Shown here: piece after piece, positions 63,543 to 64,000 of the stretch
Numbering within the stretch: position 1 is the first letter of the stretch
Layout of the letters: every line of letters starts with the position of its first letter
From: Schmidtea nova
Lineage: Eukaryota
DNA length: 64,000 nucleotides
Direction: 5' to 3'
Assembly: GCA_044892505.1 (NCBI GenBank)
Contig: CM097883.1
Span: forward strand, 257,238,001 to 257,302,000
Position numbers and translations under genes: made by a program
The notes under the pieces: model-generated
The model's database searches: none
Told to the model about the DNA's origin: nothing
The model's input: only the letters and a program-made list of their open reading frames with translations

Positions 63543-64000
63543 TCTGATCTAGACTGACCAATCGGATTTGGCCGATTTCATGGTGGGTTTTAATTATTGT
63601 TTTTGATTCTAATTAATTTTTATTTTTTAGATTGTATTCTTCCTTGGAGGTCCGGGTTTCAAAAACAATTATTCAATAACAAGTACTTTTATTTGGTTTT
63701 AATTATTATTATTTGTATTTTATTTGTTTTTAGATGTCTCCTGGGCCCGTTAATATCTGTAAATTCATTTATTTTTATTTATAGCTTGTACTTAGTTATT
63801 CTATATTTTTACTATATTATTCCTTTCTTTTAATAAATAAATATTCCCCTTTTTACCTTATTTTTCTCTTTTTTGTTTTAATTAATCTACTTTTATTTCA
63901 TTTTTTTCTCTATTTGGCTGGCCCAACACTTGGCTTGTTTGTGTCTCGTTTGACATTGAGTAAAAATTAAGTCTTCTAGTCTCGAAAGTCCATCTGCAGT

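Larger units (their letters stand above)
35626..63928 (-). mobile_element. Intact giant Ty3/Gypsy-type LTR retroelement (element B, 28303 bp) with an env-like gene and many accessory ORFs
   Basis: 3242-bp direct repeats at constant offset 25061, TG...CA termini, 4-bp TSD CTTG (35622-35625, 63929-63932), PBS 60663-60680, uninterrupted 5129-aa ORF in PR-RT-RH-IN order. Confidence 0.97.
60687..63928 (-). repeat. 5' LTR of element B (3242 bp)
   Basis: Direct repeat of 35626-38867; adjacent PBS; followed by TSD CTTG. Confidence 0.97.

Overview
AT-rich eukaryotic (invertebrate, plausibly planarian/flatworm; inferred, not proven) genomic window dominated by LTR retroelements, all on the minus strand. 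The centrepiece is an apparently intact 28.3-kb Ty3/Gypsy-type element (35626-63928) with 3242-bp LTRs, a 4-bp TSD and a tRNA-Pro-type PBS. Its single 5129-aa ORF contains Gag, two ubiquitin-like domains, a Bcl-2-like domain, a viral-fusogen-like glycoprotein placed between Gag and protease, PR-RT-RNaseH-IN, ankyrin repeats and a C-terminal membrane protein with four FN3-like repeats. Separate ORFs encode a full-length TRAF, an IAP-type RING protein, coiled-coil and membrane proteins, and two proteins inside the LTR. Six of these seven accessory ATGs have a YAG acceptor-like triplet 1-5 nt upstream (the seventh at 15 nt), suggesting splicing or trans-splicing of a polycistronic, virus-like genome. 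The 5' half of a sister giant element (1-10503) has the same PBS, a 56-bp tandem array and a Gag with 7 zinc knuckles. A 5.8-kb Gypsy element (19974-25762) carries a captured nuclear-receptor fragment inside both LTRs. Between these lie two paralogous intronless 7TM GPCR genes, mariner/hAT/Tc1 remnants, palindromic MITE-like repeats and a 139-N gap. All domain calls are from motif recognition by eye; no database searches were run.
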